Shown here: in pieces, positions 1 to 13,116 of the stretch | How the letters are laid out: each line of letters starts with the position of its first letter | Position numbering within the stretch: position 1 is the stretch's first letter | Source of the DNA: Hypanus sabinus | Taxonomy: Eukaryota | Reading direction: 5' to 3' | Assembly: GCF_030144855.1 (NCBI RefSeq) | Contig: NC_082709.1 | Location: 50,964,001-51,028,000, forward strand | Length of the DNA stretch: 64,000 nt | Notes under the pieces: model-generated | What the model saw: the letters and a program-made list of their open reading frames with translations, nothing else | Databases searched by the model: none | What the model was told of the DNA's origin: nothing | Position numbers and translations under genes: made by a program

Positions 1-327
1 ATGTCGCAAATAATGTCTTCACTCGTTCTGCTGGGAGCAGAGTGGAAGAAGGTGTACCTCAATTCTTGATCCTCCTCACCGCCAGCAAGTCCACTGATAA
101 TGTTGAAACAGCAGCCCTGGCACTAAAAAGTGCTGGTGTAGGTTCTGTCAGCATTGGTTCAGGAAATGCAGAGGACAGGGAGCTCAAAATGATTTCAATG
201 TCTCCCAAGTTTACTTTTAAGTTTGACCAGCTACAGGACTCAGATACGCTAAAGCAGAATCTCCAGAGACCATTGAAAACACTGAACAAAGAACAGATAA
301 TCCAAATCTTGCAAGATGCTCCTAAAG
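1..327 (+). CDS. COL6A3: COL6A3 exon, C-terminal half of a vWA domain (N4/N5-like), 5' truncated by window edge
   Basis: Frame from nt 3: VANNVFTRSAGSRVEEGVPQFLILLTASKS...QDAPK; donor AAAG|GTAAGA at 327/328, phase 1. Confidence 0.92.
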
Positions 328-2140
328 GTAAGAGGAAAGAATTTTCAGTTATATTCATACTTAGATCTATTCATGTGCAGTATTTATAGTGTATAACATT
401 CCTTTATCATGCCTTCAGCTAATCCAACTATTCCATGTCTCCTCGAACTCTTCTTTGTCCATTATCTCAACATTCAAAGGAAATTTATTATTAAATCATA
501 TATATGGCACCACATACTACTGAGATTCCTCTTTCTTGCAGGCATTCACACAAACAAATAAATACGGCAGAGTCAATGAAAAACTACACACAAGCATGTA
601 AGGGCTGCAAACATCCACTCACCATCACTCTCCCCGTGTTCGCAATGAAATTGTTATATCTATACTCTGGAACTGTTGGTATGATCAGTTCTTATTATCA
701 ATAAGCATTTGGGCTTAGAGTTTATTCAAGTGGAGGCAATGTCAGAAATAAGCACATTAAAAAAATCAGAGCAGGAATTGGCCATTTGACACTTCAGGCC
801 AGCGCCAATGTTGAAATGTATCATGGGTAATCTTATATATCAACACCATTTTCTCATCCTGTCTTGAGAATCTTTTAAAATCCAGAGGTTTTTGACAGGT
901 GTTTTGAATGGATTCAATGTAATTGCACCGCCACATCCATCCAAGATTGACATTCACCATCCTCTGCATCCTTTCATTGGCTTATCCCTTACTGTACTTC
1001 TGAGAATGTTTTGTTTGTTATCCTTCTAAACTCTAAAGCAAACAGTCCAAACCTACTCAACTTCTCATCATGTGACAAATCTGCCATCTCAGGAATCAGT
1101 GCGACACTCCCTCCATAGCAAGTGATCCTTCTCATCGGAAAGAAGACCAAAGATATGCACAGCGCTTCAGAAGTGGTTGCACTGAAGCCTTATATTATTA
1201 TAGTAAGATATCCTTACTTGTATACTCAAATCACTTGGAAAGGTGGCAAGCAAAACTTTGTGAGCTGAAGAGGTTGCACTGTTCTGTAACATTCTGTTGT
1301 CCATGCTCTATACAGGCCAAAAAATACCATTAGGTCCTTAACTGCTTGCTGCACCTGCAGGTTGGTTTTTAGTGATATGTAGAATACTTCCAGATTCTCT
1401 TGAACAACAGTAATACACAAAAACTCTTTTAAGTATTTCTGTCCTTTATGCTAAAATATAAATATTTCAAGTATGATTACTGAATTTCTTTGAGAAGAAA
1501 TTGGTGAATAGGTTTCACCTGGAGTCTATTCTGACTTTTGTATTCTTAATAATATTGATGTAACTGCTTGTTAAAGAATTATTTCTTTGTTCATCCCTTG
1601 GACTCCCTTTGTTGTTGCCCTTTGCAATATTTCTGTGGATGCACAATACCTTTTACCCTCACACCTGTGCTTAGATCACCTATGAACACCATGCTTTTGC
1701 CTTCAAATTGATAGAATTATCCTGGTCATGACGGATAGAGCAGTTGCATCTTATTTTCAATTCTTATCTAATCTCAGCCATGCCCATGAACTTTGATTTT
1801 TTCTCTTCCATCCAATTTCAAGGTAATATTTCCTTGTACTTTAATATGCTTTAACATAACCCCCAAATAATTGCTACAAATCTGTAAAAAATATGGCTAA
1901 TTATTTTTAAATAAGTTGTTTCAGTAAACAAATATCATATCTCATCCCATCACAATCTGTAGCTAAAGCTGCCGGAGAAAATGCAGTTTGAGTGTGTACA
2001 GTCTCCTTTGAGTTCCTTCATTACATGGAAATGCAAGCTATCAGGCATCAGTGGTATCTATACAAGGTCGACAATGGAGAGATTGAAGGGAAGGCAGAGT
2101 TAGGTCTAGTAAGGCTGAAAGAACGGACAGGCAGGGCCAG

Positions 2141-5130
2141 GCTCCTTACTTTCCCAATAAGCCTTGTATGGGGTACCTTATCAAATGATTTGTTGAAATC
2201 CATACACACTACATCTACTGCTCTACCTCCATCAATGTGTTTAGTCACACCCTCAGAAAATTCAATCAGGCACGTGAGGCACGACCTGCCTTTCGCTAAG
2301 CCATGCTGACTATTCCTATTCATATTATGCCTCTCCAAATGTTCATAATCCTGCCTCTCAGGATCTTATCCATCAACTTACCAACCACTGAAGTAAGACT
2401 CACTGGTCTATAATTTCCTGGGCTATCTCTTAGTTGGGTCATATTCTGCATGGAGATCGGTGACCAGTGGTATCTCTCAGGGCTCTGTTCTGGGACCCCT
2501 ATCCCTTTGTTGAATAATGGAACAACATCCGCAACCCTCTAATCCTCCAGAACCTCTCCCGTCTCCACCGATGATGCAAAGATCATCGCCAGAGGCTCAG
2601 CAATCTCCTCCCTCCCTTCCCAAAGTAGCCTGGGGTACATCTCGTCTGGTCCTGGTGACTTATCCAACTTGATGCTTTCCAAAAGCTCCTGCACCTCCTC
2701 TCTCTTAATATCTACATGCTCAAGCTTTTCAGTCCACTGTAAGTCATCTCTACAATCATCAAGACCCTTTTTCATAGTGAATACTGAAGCAAAATACTCA
2801 TTAACTACCTCAGCTGTCTGCTCCGGTTCCGTACATACTTTCCCACTGTCACACTTGATTGGTCCTATTCTCTCACAACTTATCCTCTTGCTCTTAACAT
2901 ATTTGTAGAATGCCTTGGGGTTTTCCTTAATCCTGCCCACCAAGCCCTTTTCATGGCCCATCCTGGCTCTCCTAATTTCTTTCTTGAGCTCCTTATTGCT
3001 GGCCTTGTAATCTTCTAGCTCTGTATCATTATCTAGCTTTTTGAATCTTTTGTAAGCTCTTTTCTTCTTGACTAGATTTACAACTGCCTTTGTACACCAT
3101 GGTTCCTGTACCCCACCATCCTTTCCCTGTCTCATTGGAACGTTTCTTTGCAGAACTCCACGCAAATATCCCCTGAACATTTGCCACATTTCTTCCATAT
3201 ATTTCCCTGAGAACATCTATTTTCAATTTATGCTTCTAAGTTCCTGCCTGATAGCTTCATAATTCCCCTTACTCCAATTAAATTCTTTCAGAACTTGTCT
3301 GTTCCTATCCCTCTCCAATGCTATGGTAAAGGAGATGGAATTGTGACCACTATCTCCAAAATGCTGAACACACCTAACAAACTCCTCTCCATCTGAACCC
3401 CTTGCTCTAGGGATGTGCCAATCAATATTTAGGAAATTAAAATCTCACATCACGATAACTGTATTATTATTACACCTTTCCAGAATCTCTCTCCCTACCT
3501 GCTCCTTGATATCCCTGTTACTATTGGGTGGTCTATAAAATACACCCAGTAGAGTTATTGACCCTTTCCTGTTCCTAACTTCCACCCACAGAGACGCCAT
3601 AGACGATCCCTCATTAAAATCCTCCTTTTCTGCAGCTGTGACACTATCCTTGATCAACAGTGCCACGCCCCCACCTCTTTTGCCTCCCTCCCTGTCCTTT
3701 CTGAAACATCTAAAACCTGGCACTCGAAGTAACCATTCTTGCCCTTGAGCCATCCAAGTCTCTGTAATGGCCACAACGTCATATCTCCAAGTACTGATCC
3801 ACGCTCTAAGTTCATCCGCTTTCTTCATAATACTCCTTCCACTAAAATAGACACATCTCAAACCATCAGTCTTAATGCATCCCTTCTCTATCATCTGCTT
3901 ATCCTCCCTCTCTCACTGTCACCAAGCTTTCTCTATTTATGAGCCAAATGCCTCTTCCTCCATCTCTTCAGTTTGGTTGCCACCCCACACCCCCAGCAAT
4001 TCTAGTTTAAACTCTCCCCAGTAGCCTTAGCAAACCGCCCTGCCAGGATATTGGTCCCACTGGAATTCAAGTGTAATGCATCCTTTTTGCACAGGTCAGC
4101 CCTGACCCGAAAAAGGTCCCAACGATCCAGAAATATGAATCACTGGCCCCTGCTCCAATCCCTCAGCCATGCATTTATCCTCCACCCCACTCTATTCCTA
4201 TTCTCACTGTCACGTGGCACAGGCAGTAATCCCAAGATGACTAACTTTGTGGTCCTGCTTCTCAGCTTCTTTTCTAACTCTCTGTTGTCTTTTTTCAGGA
4301 CCTCCTCCCTTTTCCTATCTGTGTCGTTGGTACCAATATGTACCACGACCTCTGGCTGTTCTCCTTCCCACTTCAGTACATCTTTGACGCGATCAGAAAC
4401 ATCCCAGACCCTGGCACCTGGGAGACAAACTACCATGCGAGCTTCTTTCCTGCATCCACAGAATCACCTGTCTGACCCACTAACTATAGAGTCCCCTATC
4501 ACTGCTGCCATCCTCTTCCTTTCCCTACCCATCTGAGCCACAGGGCCAGACTCCGTGCCAGAGGTGCAGCCACTGTTGCTTTCCCCAAGTAGGCCATTCC
4601 CTCCAACAGTACTTAAGGAGGAGTACTTATTGTCAAGGGGTACAGCCGCAAGGATGCTCTCTAGCCTCAGTCTCCTGCCTTTTCCTCTCCTGACTGTTAC
4701 CCACTTATCTGTCTCTCCAGCCTCTGGTGTGACTACCTACCTATAGCTCCTCTCTGTCACCTCCTCACTCTCCCTGATCGGACGAAGGTCATCAAGCTGC
4801 ACATCCAGTTCCCTAACGCGGTCACTAAGGAGCTGCAGCTTGGCGCACCTGGTGCAGTTGTGGCTGTCCGGGAGACTGGGAGTCTCCAGGACCTTCCACA
4901 TTTGACACCGAGCACAGAAAACTGGCCTCACACACATACTTCCTGTCTGTATTCTACTCAGGCAACCTACCTCGCCTCGACCCATTAACATCTCTCCCTC
5001 TACTCCGTTGCCCGCTCCTCCAATGACTGCTCTATAAGGTGTCTTCTGTTAAACTCTTCTCACTGGTCACGTTGGCTGACGTCTGCACACTTGCACAGTC
5101 GTACCCTGATCAAACCGCTGAAGAAATAAC
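2141..5130 (-). mobile_element. CR1-clade LINE, 5' part (ORF1 zinc finger + SGNH-esterase-like, ORF2 APE endonuclease, start of RT), decayed and lacking its 3' half
   Basis: Minus ORFs: CARCQMW..HNCTRC; VVVHIGTND; DVVAITETW..GVFYRPPN; IKENPKAFYKY..KSPGPD; QHGLAKGRSCLT..DFNKSFDKVPH. Several stops and frameshifts. Confidence 0.92.
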
Positions 5131-5289
5131 CCTGTCTATGTTTCTATGTTTCCATGATATTTCCATTATGAACTCTGTTAATAATTTGGTTTATTATATC
5201 TCCTAAGGATTACAAAATGGGGAGCATTTCCAAAAGTACATTCACTTGTGGCTTGTTCAAAATTCTAACTCCACCCATTTCCATTCAAC

Positions 5290-7760
5290 TTAGTCATAGT
5301 GTCAGAACTCATGGCTACAATAGAGACAATTAAAGGGGTAACTTTCCATGTAATCTAGGGTGAGTCTCCAACTTCCATCAGATCTTTGAACACTGGACAT
5401 ATGGATGAATTATTTGTAGATGCAATATCTCACAAAATTCTGTGTTAACAAACTCTGAATAATTTCCTCTTTATATGTGGCTGCTTGTTTCAGAAATCCA
5501 TATTCCTTCTGGGATTTCTTAGCAGGACCTTGTATACACACCTCTCCTTGCATCCTGCCACAGTTGTGTGTATGTTTAGGGAATAATGCCTGGAATTCTA
5601 AAATAATTTGTCTGGCCAACGAGTCCTTTTTCATATCTTTAGCCTTTATGTACAAATCTCCAAATGTAAATATCCTGTCCTCATACTGTTCTTCTGGAAT
5701 GTCAATAGGGATCTGCTCTCTATTAAACTGCCAAATCATATAATTAATCAGATCAAAACTCAAACCTGCTTTCCTCATAAAGTCACTTCCCAGAATATGT
5801 TCTTGAGCAGTCAACAAATTGATGAGCACAACTGAATGGGGCACACTCCAACTGTATGTTCAGTGGCGTAGTCAGCTCCCCAGTAAATCTAACTGAAATA
5901 AAAGTATCTTGTATTTCCCAACTTGGTGCATTGAATGTAGATGTATTTAGGGTGGTTCAAGGCCTCTGTGTCCCAAAGAAATTTTGTAGAGTGGCTTCCT
6001 ACTCTAAGACTGTGATGGCTCACAGTGCATAATGAATGTCCTAATCTAGCTTCTACAAAGGGTCTACTCACACCATCCCACCTTATGGTGCACACCAACA
6101 TCACTAAGGCTTGACAATATCATAGTGTACGTACGTACTAGGTAACTCTGGATACTATCATGCCCTCATATTTGCATCCTGGATATTACATTGCTGGTAA
6201 TGCAATGGACATTCTAGGGGTGATGGAGCATTTGTTACATCCTGACCATTCCTAACCCATCTGGGTTGTGGGCAATCCCTACCAAGATTACCTTTGTATT
6301 TGCAATTGTAACATTTCTGCGGGGATCCAGATTTCAGATCAGAAGGAATGTAGGCTATCCAACTGCATCCTGAACCAACCCCTCTAATAGGTAGTGCTGT
6401 CGCGTGTGACAGTGATGTACTCTGATAGGGAGCCCCCCTCCCTTCATTCTACCACTGCACACCTTATTCTCTTATAGGGAGCATTTTAGAGCCGATGTCC
6501 CCTTAGTGCCTTCTTCCTTTTCCCAAACTCATATCATCGTTCTGAGAACCCATACTTCAGTGTGTGTGGAATCTGTGGGATCAAACATGCCACACATCTT
6601 CTGTTCTCCTCAGTACACGATGCCAAGGTCTTCAGCCAGTTACTACTCTGTTGTTGAGTCAAGTTCCGCCTATCCAATGAGGGACCATAAGCACTCGAGA
6701 AAACCGCCTCGACGTCTTCACAAATGCAGTGCGCGCGCTTCCTTTTCTGAGTGTGCACTTATGCAAACTCTTCAGCAGATCTCCTTGATTAGTTCCTACA
6801 GCTTCTAATATAGCCTGCTGTAAATCACCCTGGATGCCATGCTCCTCTGGCAGGGCTGAGTGCAACACTCAAGTTAGACACAGAGGGGTTAACTTCCGCT
6901 CCTCTGCTTCAGCTAATCTGTGAATTATCCTGTGCTGCTGAGTATGGTAGAAAAGTTCAAGGTTTGTCTCTCATCTCGAACTTTGATATATTCACAGCTA
7001 TAGAACTCAATTGGGCCATGTCAAAAGAGGTAGAATACAGGGTAAAATTTGTCATCCTGGGCTTGGTATCTCTAGATCTCTCTCTTTTACTCTATGTGTA
7101 ATAGGGGCAGGGAATGCTGAAGGTTCCACTTTCTCTTGGAAAATTCCACGGGGAGGAGGGTCACTTCTCCAATTATCCTCACTATTATAGTGTGTCACCT
7201 CATACTGACTTCTCAATTTCTCTACTTCCATAACTGATTTTTTACACTCCTCTTCTTCTTTCTTTCTTTCTCGTGTCATGTGTTCACACCGAGCCTGAAA
7301 CTGACTTGGCTATCAAATTCACCTGAACCTGCTCCCTCGGCATTTCATTTTCTTTCTCTCTCTCGCTTTAACTCTTCCCTGTACACACATAATTTCTGCA
7401 AGATTCTGTTTTTCTCTCTTCACTTTCATCTTCCAGCTCACATCCCATTATAACACCTTTTTAAATACCTGATAATTTTTGATTTCTTTTCTCTAACTGC
7501 TTTCCGTAATGCATCCCCCAGGATCCTTGACCTGTTGCTCTCAACTATTCTTATCCACTCCTTATAATCAAAGCATTTTCTTAATATATAACTATGAAAG
7601 TAATCTCTCCAATCCTCTGAAATGCCTAGGTTCTTTTCGTTTTTCTTCTCTTTTCCCATTTTATTATAACCTAATTGGTGTTTCAACTTGAAACTAGGAC
7701 CCCAGATTTCTATTCTGTCTTTTTGAGCTAACTGCAGGACACCAAAATCTGTTGACAATC
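5290..7760 (-). mobile_element. Decayed retrovirus-like / LTR retroelement internal region (gag with coiled coil and zinc knuckle, protease, RT N-terminus)
   Basis: Minus strand in order: charged coiled-coil ORFs (7052-7758); CYNCKYKGNLGRDC (6272-6313); LWDTEA (5961-5978); HILGSDFM; STNNSSICPV../SDGSWRLTLDY../KVTP across frameshifts (~5330-5420). No LTRs recognised. Confidence 0.75.
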
Positions 7761-7814
7761 ATAATTGATCTGGGTTAGACAATGCACGACGCAACTCTGA
7801 ATTGATCAAACCAC

Positions 7815-8230
7815 ATACTGCCAGTTGGACCTTCGGCATTTATAGCAGCAGTGAAGCTCCTCCATCTCTGGTGGTGTTCAGAGCTTCCTTCATCATGTCA
7901 GTAGCTTCCTGTCAGTTTTCACCACTGTCAGACATACAAGTCCCATATAGAGGCTCTAGAATACCATTGCACTCAGCTGCAGATGGATTCTTCATTGCTG
8001 TTCCATAACAATTTTGTATTAACAGTCAGGGTCATTAGTCCTGAGTTGAACCCCAAACCTGGAGGACCAGTGGACCATTCTTAGTCTGTCCTATATCCTT
8101 TGACCTGTTTGGCATGGGTGATCCTACCAAGAGCCAACACATAAAGCCCAGGTTCCAGCCAACATAGCTCTCCAGGTCATTGAGGCACACAACCTCCAAA
8201 CCATGACTAAGATGTGGTCCTCTTGGAGGT
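7815..8230 (-). mobile_element. Short non-autonomous RTE-clade-like element (5' UTR-like head joined to 3' tail)
   Basis: Minus strand starts GTGTGCCTCAATGACCTGGAGAGCTATG (RTE-type head) and ends with QRWRSFTAAINA (RTE ORF C-terminus-like) within ~400 bp. Family call is from recognition only. Confidence 0.5.
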
Positions 8231-10652
8231 AATTAATCAAAGCCTATATTTTATTGTCTCTGCTCAAATATTAATATAACTATATTGACCCTGGACTATC
8301 AAATTAAAACATGAATCCTATTGTTCTCTTTGTACCAATGCTCACTCAGACTATTTCTCGAATTTATAACATTGAGTTAGGGATCCTTCTTCTCCAAGAA
8401 CATGATATGGAGTCCTTCCTTGCAACAGTTTGTCTCCACATTCTTACCACTTAACATTTGAAGCCCCTCATTCCTTATGTTCAAATGTTGTGTTTTTGAT
8501 TTTATTGGCTCTGGCCAATTTGGCTAATGTGTATCAGCTTTCCATTGGCTCTTGTCAAAGCCAACATCATTTTATTGCCCTTATCACAAGTAAGAACTTG
8601 TAATTAATGACTCTATTCTGAATCAGAGCAGACCGACCAGTTATGAGGCTTGGGTTGTTCAGGTCAAACACAGATTCCCCTATTGATAAACCTGCATGTT
8701 TTATCTTGCCAAAAGAAAACTTCACAAATATCTTTTTATTTGGAAATTATCTCCAGCTCAGCAGATTATCAGGAGTATCATTGTGTCCACTTGAAGCACT
8801 TTGAGACACCCATTCTTGAGCAAGTCAGCTCATAAAATGGAAGTTACAGAGCTCCATTCCTTTAACCACATGATCACAAACAAAGACAATTGTTGCGTCT
8901 ACTTCCACTGTCCTTGAGTCATTTTCTTCCATATTTTAATTTCTTCTTGGCCAACAATGATGTTTCCAAGCATCTAAATTCTTTGGACCTCTTGGTGGTA
9001 AAAATTGCCGATTTGAAAGACACTTTGGTTGTCTAACTTTTTCTCTTGTCTCTTCATATTGGCCATCTCCCCTTTATCTTTCAGTTCAGGTTAAGGGTCT
9101 GAAGCCTGACTGTCTGAGTTCTGTTAGCACTTTGTTTGCTATTTACTTAGTAATTTCAGTCAGAGCTGACAGAATGATTTTCATTAATCCTCACTGCCAT
9201 TCCTCCCCATTGAAATAAATGGGTAAGATTCACCTATACTGGTTCAATGTAGAGTAAGATGAGTGTATTCCTCATCTTAAGATGATGGGAAATTGCTGTG
9301 GGAGCTGGTAAGACATCCACAAACTGTTGGTAAAAGCTTCAGAAGTGGAAGAAGTGCTTTTCTGATGTGGGATTATACCAAGTTATTATAATCAATAAAC
9401 ATGAACCTTACTATATATTGATGGTATGGTAAACCCCACCCATGGCATTCCAATGTGTTTTACATAGGGGAACAAAAAATTGTCACTTTCAATTCTCATC
9501 AGCAACAATTATGTGTGCAGATTTGTCCACTGTAGTTTCTAACAAAATATCATTCAATAGATGGGGAAGTTAATACTGAATCTGAGGCTACATTCCAGTA
9601 ATGTACTATTGCTGCAAATGATATATTTTTTGGCCTTCCGATGACAAATACACCCAGAATTAACAAATAATTAACCTGTTAATTTACTAGATTTTGCCAG
9701 TGTAAGCAAGAAAAAAGTTAGCGCAGATTTGTGTCATCTCTTCTTCAGAAGATACAACATATTCCCTTTACTGGTATAAGGGTAGGGAAGGGGAGCCATA
9801 ATTAACAAGAAGGGAAGTAAATCATTCAGTGTTTTCTCTCTGACCGGAGAATCCTTGTACATGAAAGTTGGTTTGAGCTTCCACACTTAAGTGCTCTGCA
9901 GATGTTCACTGCTCAGAGATGCATATAACTGATCCACATGACAGATAAACATAGAGTCAAATTATCGGGAAACAAGTCACTTGGGTTATTAAGTCAATAC
10001 CAGACACTCATTTACAGTTGCATTAATAATGAACTAATCTCATAACGTTATTCAATCCACAGTTCTATTAAGGTTTCCCAAATTCTGCAGCCCAACTACA
10101 CACTGAGGGCCAATTGACCTGGCAAGCAACTGAGGCAGGAAACCAGAGCACACACTAAGGATGTGCAAGTTTCTCACAGGCATCAGGACAGAACTCAACG
10201 TTGCTGGAATTGTGAAGCAGCAGCTATGGTGTCTGCACCAGTGAGCTGAACATCTATTGAAGCCTACGCAATTGTTACCTCTGTGTTTTTCAGTACTATT
10301 AATAGCCAATATGAGAAAATCAGGGGAAAGCAGATTTCATGCTGGATCCAAATTCATCTGCAGAGAATTAAATCTGATTCCTTTTCAAGACATCCTTGAA
10401 AACCTAAACAAATCATGTACATATGAGGATATATGTATATACACACATAATGTAAATAGTAGCTGCAGAAGATGGGACAAATATCTGTCATCCTTCTTGC
10501 CCAGCCAAGTGAAATGCCCCAATATTGTCTTAACAAATTCCGGAATTAATCAGATTATTTGGAAATCCAATTCTTATTTGTTCAATGTTGCAGGGTTTTG
10601 ATTTCATTCCATTTAATGCAAAATTAAGCAATTGTTTATTTTCTGGATTTAG

Positions 10653-11255
10653 ATGGCGACAAGAGGGACGTTGTCTTTTTACTCCATGGGTCAGAAAATA
10701 TGAGAACGACCTTCCCTTCAATACGTTCTTTCATTTCAAAAGTAGTTGACAGTCTTGAAGTTGGCATTGACAGTGTCCGTGTTGGTGTTGTACAATACGA
10801 CAGTAATGCCAGAACAGATTTCAAATTGGACGCTTACTCCACCAAACGTGAAGTTCAAGATGCCATCCGTAATTTACGGATTAAAGGCGGGCGGGGCATC
10901 AGAACAGGATTTGCACTACAATACGTTAAGGACAATCTTTTCACTAGGGCTGGTGGTAGCAGGATTGAAGAAGGTGTGCCTCAGTTCTTGGTGCTTCTCA
11001 CTGCTGGTAAATCAGCCGATCGAGTTGAAGTGGCATCAACGACATTGAAAAGAGCTGGTGTAGCACCGTTTGCTATTGGACATGGACGTGCAGATGACGA
11101 AGAGCTCAAACAGATTTCACTGTCTTCTCAGTTTGTTTACAAGATAGCTGACTTGAGGAATGTATTGAATATACCACAAAGTTTATTGGAACCACTGATA
11201 ACTCTGGATTCTCGCAAGATAAGAGAAATCTACGAAGGAACTGAGGAGGAAGCCA
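10653..11255 (+). CDS. COL6A3: COL6A3 N4-like vWA exon, copy 1 (603 nt, phase 1-1)
   Basis: Acceptor TTTAG|AT; (D)GDKRDVVFLLHGSEN...GSRIEEGVPQFLVLL...GTEEEA; donor GCCA|GTAAGG; open frame. Confidence 0.92.
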
Positions 11256-12395
11256 GTAAGGCTTTTTTATTTTATAATTTTAGAGTTTTTATGTCATGTT
11301 ACAGCTATAAGTCATAGGTCATTTTGCCCATTTTCATGGTTCAGATCACCATACGACACAATGGATGTGGTAGCATAAGAAAGTGCAGAAGATATTCGCC
11401 AGGTGTCTGTTGCCTAGAATGGAAAACTTTAGTTACAAGGGAAAAATAGGATGGGCTGAATTTATTGTACATAGAAGGCTATATATGTAACAGTATTACT
11501 GCTTCTGGCGCTGTCATAAATAATGTGTTAGCAATGGTTAAAAGGTCAGCACAGCTTTGTGAGCTGAAGGGCCTGTACTGTGCTGTAATATTCTATGTTC
11601 TGTTTCTCTGGACAGAGCAATCAGAGGAAGTATTAGAATTGTTTTTAAAGGCATTAAAAAGGTAAGGTATAGAGGGAAACAGGCCTAATGTAGGCAGGTG
11701 GGGTTAGCCTAGGCAGGTCTCATGGCCAGAATGGATGGGTGACACACAAGCCTCGTTTCTGTCTGCAGGGCTCTATGACTCTAAGAAGCATTGCAGAGAA
11801 TTGCTATCGCAATGCGGTTCAACTATATGACTCCATCTAGAGGTGTGACATGAGCTGGGGGTTGGTGTGTTTCAGTAGCTCTGATGAAGGTCAACTGCTC
11901 AACTTGCAACCATTTTTTTGGAAGCACAGTAGTACACCTGAGAGGGATGGATGGAAGTGCAGTCGAAAAGAGGGTTTTAAAAAATTGTTGAGATCCATTA
12001 AAGGCTACAGGAAAACAAGAAGTTACAGGGTGTTTGAAATATTTGCAGAGAGGTTTAAGACCTGCTGAAGGTTTTCAACAACTTCACTAAAAATGTACAT
12101 GATAGCAGAAATCACAGGATGCAGAATTATGCCCACAATGTGAATATAGAGATGGTTAAAGTCAGCAGGAATGAGTTGTAAAGGAAGAAAAAGATTTACT
12201 TTAAATTGTCAAAATAAGAGGTCGGAGAACTTAACATTGGACTGGTAATGGGCTATAGTATTTTTGAGCAACTTGAAATAGGAAATTGTTTAGTCCTGGA
12301 AAATGATAGAACTGTTAAGTTTCAGCATAGGCAAGAGATTTGAGCATAATCATGCTTGAACTAACGGTGGAAGTAGGCAGTGAGAAGATGAAAAG

Positions 12396-12802
12396 ATGGA
12401 GTTATATCGGACTCTGGTCAGACCCCACTTGGAGTACTGTGCTCAGTTCTGGTTGCCTCACTACAGGAAGGATGTGGAAACTATAGAAAGGGTGCAGAGG
12501 AGATTTACAAGGACGTTGCCTGGATTGGGGAGCATACCTTATGAGAATAGGTTGAGTGAACTCGGCCTTTACTCTTTGGAGCGACGGAGGATGAGAGGTG
12601 ACCTGACAGAGGTGTACAAGATAGTGAGAGGCATTGATCATGTGGATAGTCAGAGGCTTTTTCCCAGGGCTGATATGGCCAGCATGAGAGGGGATAGTTT
12701 TAAGGTGCTTGGAAGCAGGTACAGAGGAGATGTCAGGGGTAAGTTTTTTTTACGCAGAGTGTGGTGTGGAATACCGGCGACAGTAGTGGAGGCGGAAGCG
12801 AT
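12396..12802 (+). mobile_element. CR1-clade LINE 3' fragment, cut by the duplication breakpoint
   Basis: LYRTLVRPHLEYCAQFW..ERVQRRFTR..LERRRMRGDL; ends abruptly at GGAGGCGGAAGCGAT. Confidence 0.93.
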
Positions 12803-13116
12803 ATGCTGAATCCAAATTCATATGCAGAGAATTAAATCTGATTCCTTTTCAAGACATCCTTGAAAACCTAAACAAATCATGTACATATGAGGATATATGT
12901 ATATACACACATAATGTAAATAGTAGCTGCAGAAGATGGGACAAATATCTGTCATCCTTCTTGCCCAGCCAAGTGAAATGCCCCAATATTGTCTTAACAA
13001 ATTCCGGAATTAATCAGATTATTTGGAAATCCAATTCTTATTTGTTCAATGTTGCAGGGTTTTGATTTCATTCCATTTAATGCAAAATTAAGCAATTGTT
13101 TATTTTCTGGATTTAG

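Noticed and set aside
4140-4991. Esterase-like and zinc-finger ORFs as a novel enzyme gene (also 35228-36075)
   Set aside because: Standard ORF1 architecture of CR1-clade LINEs, and disrupted here.
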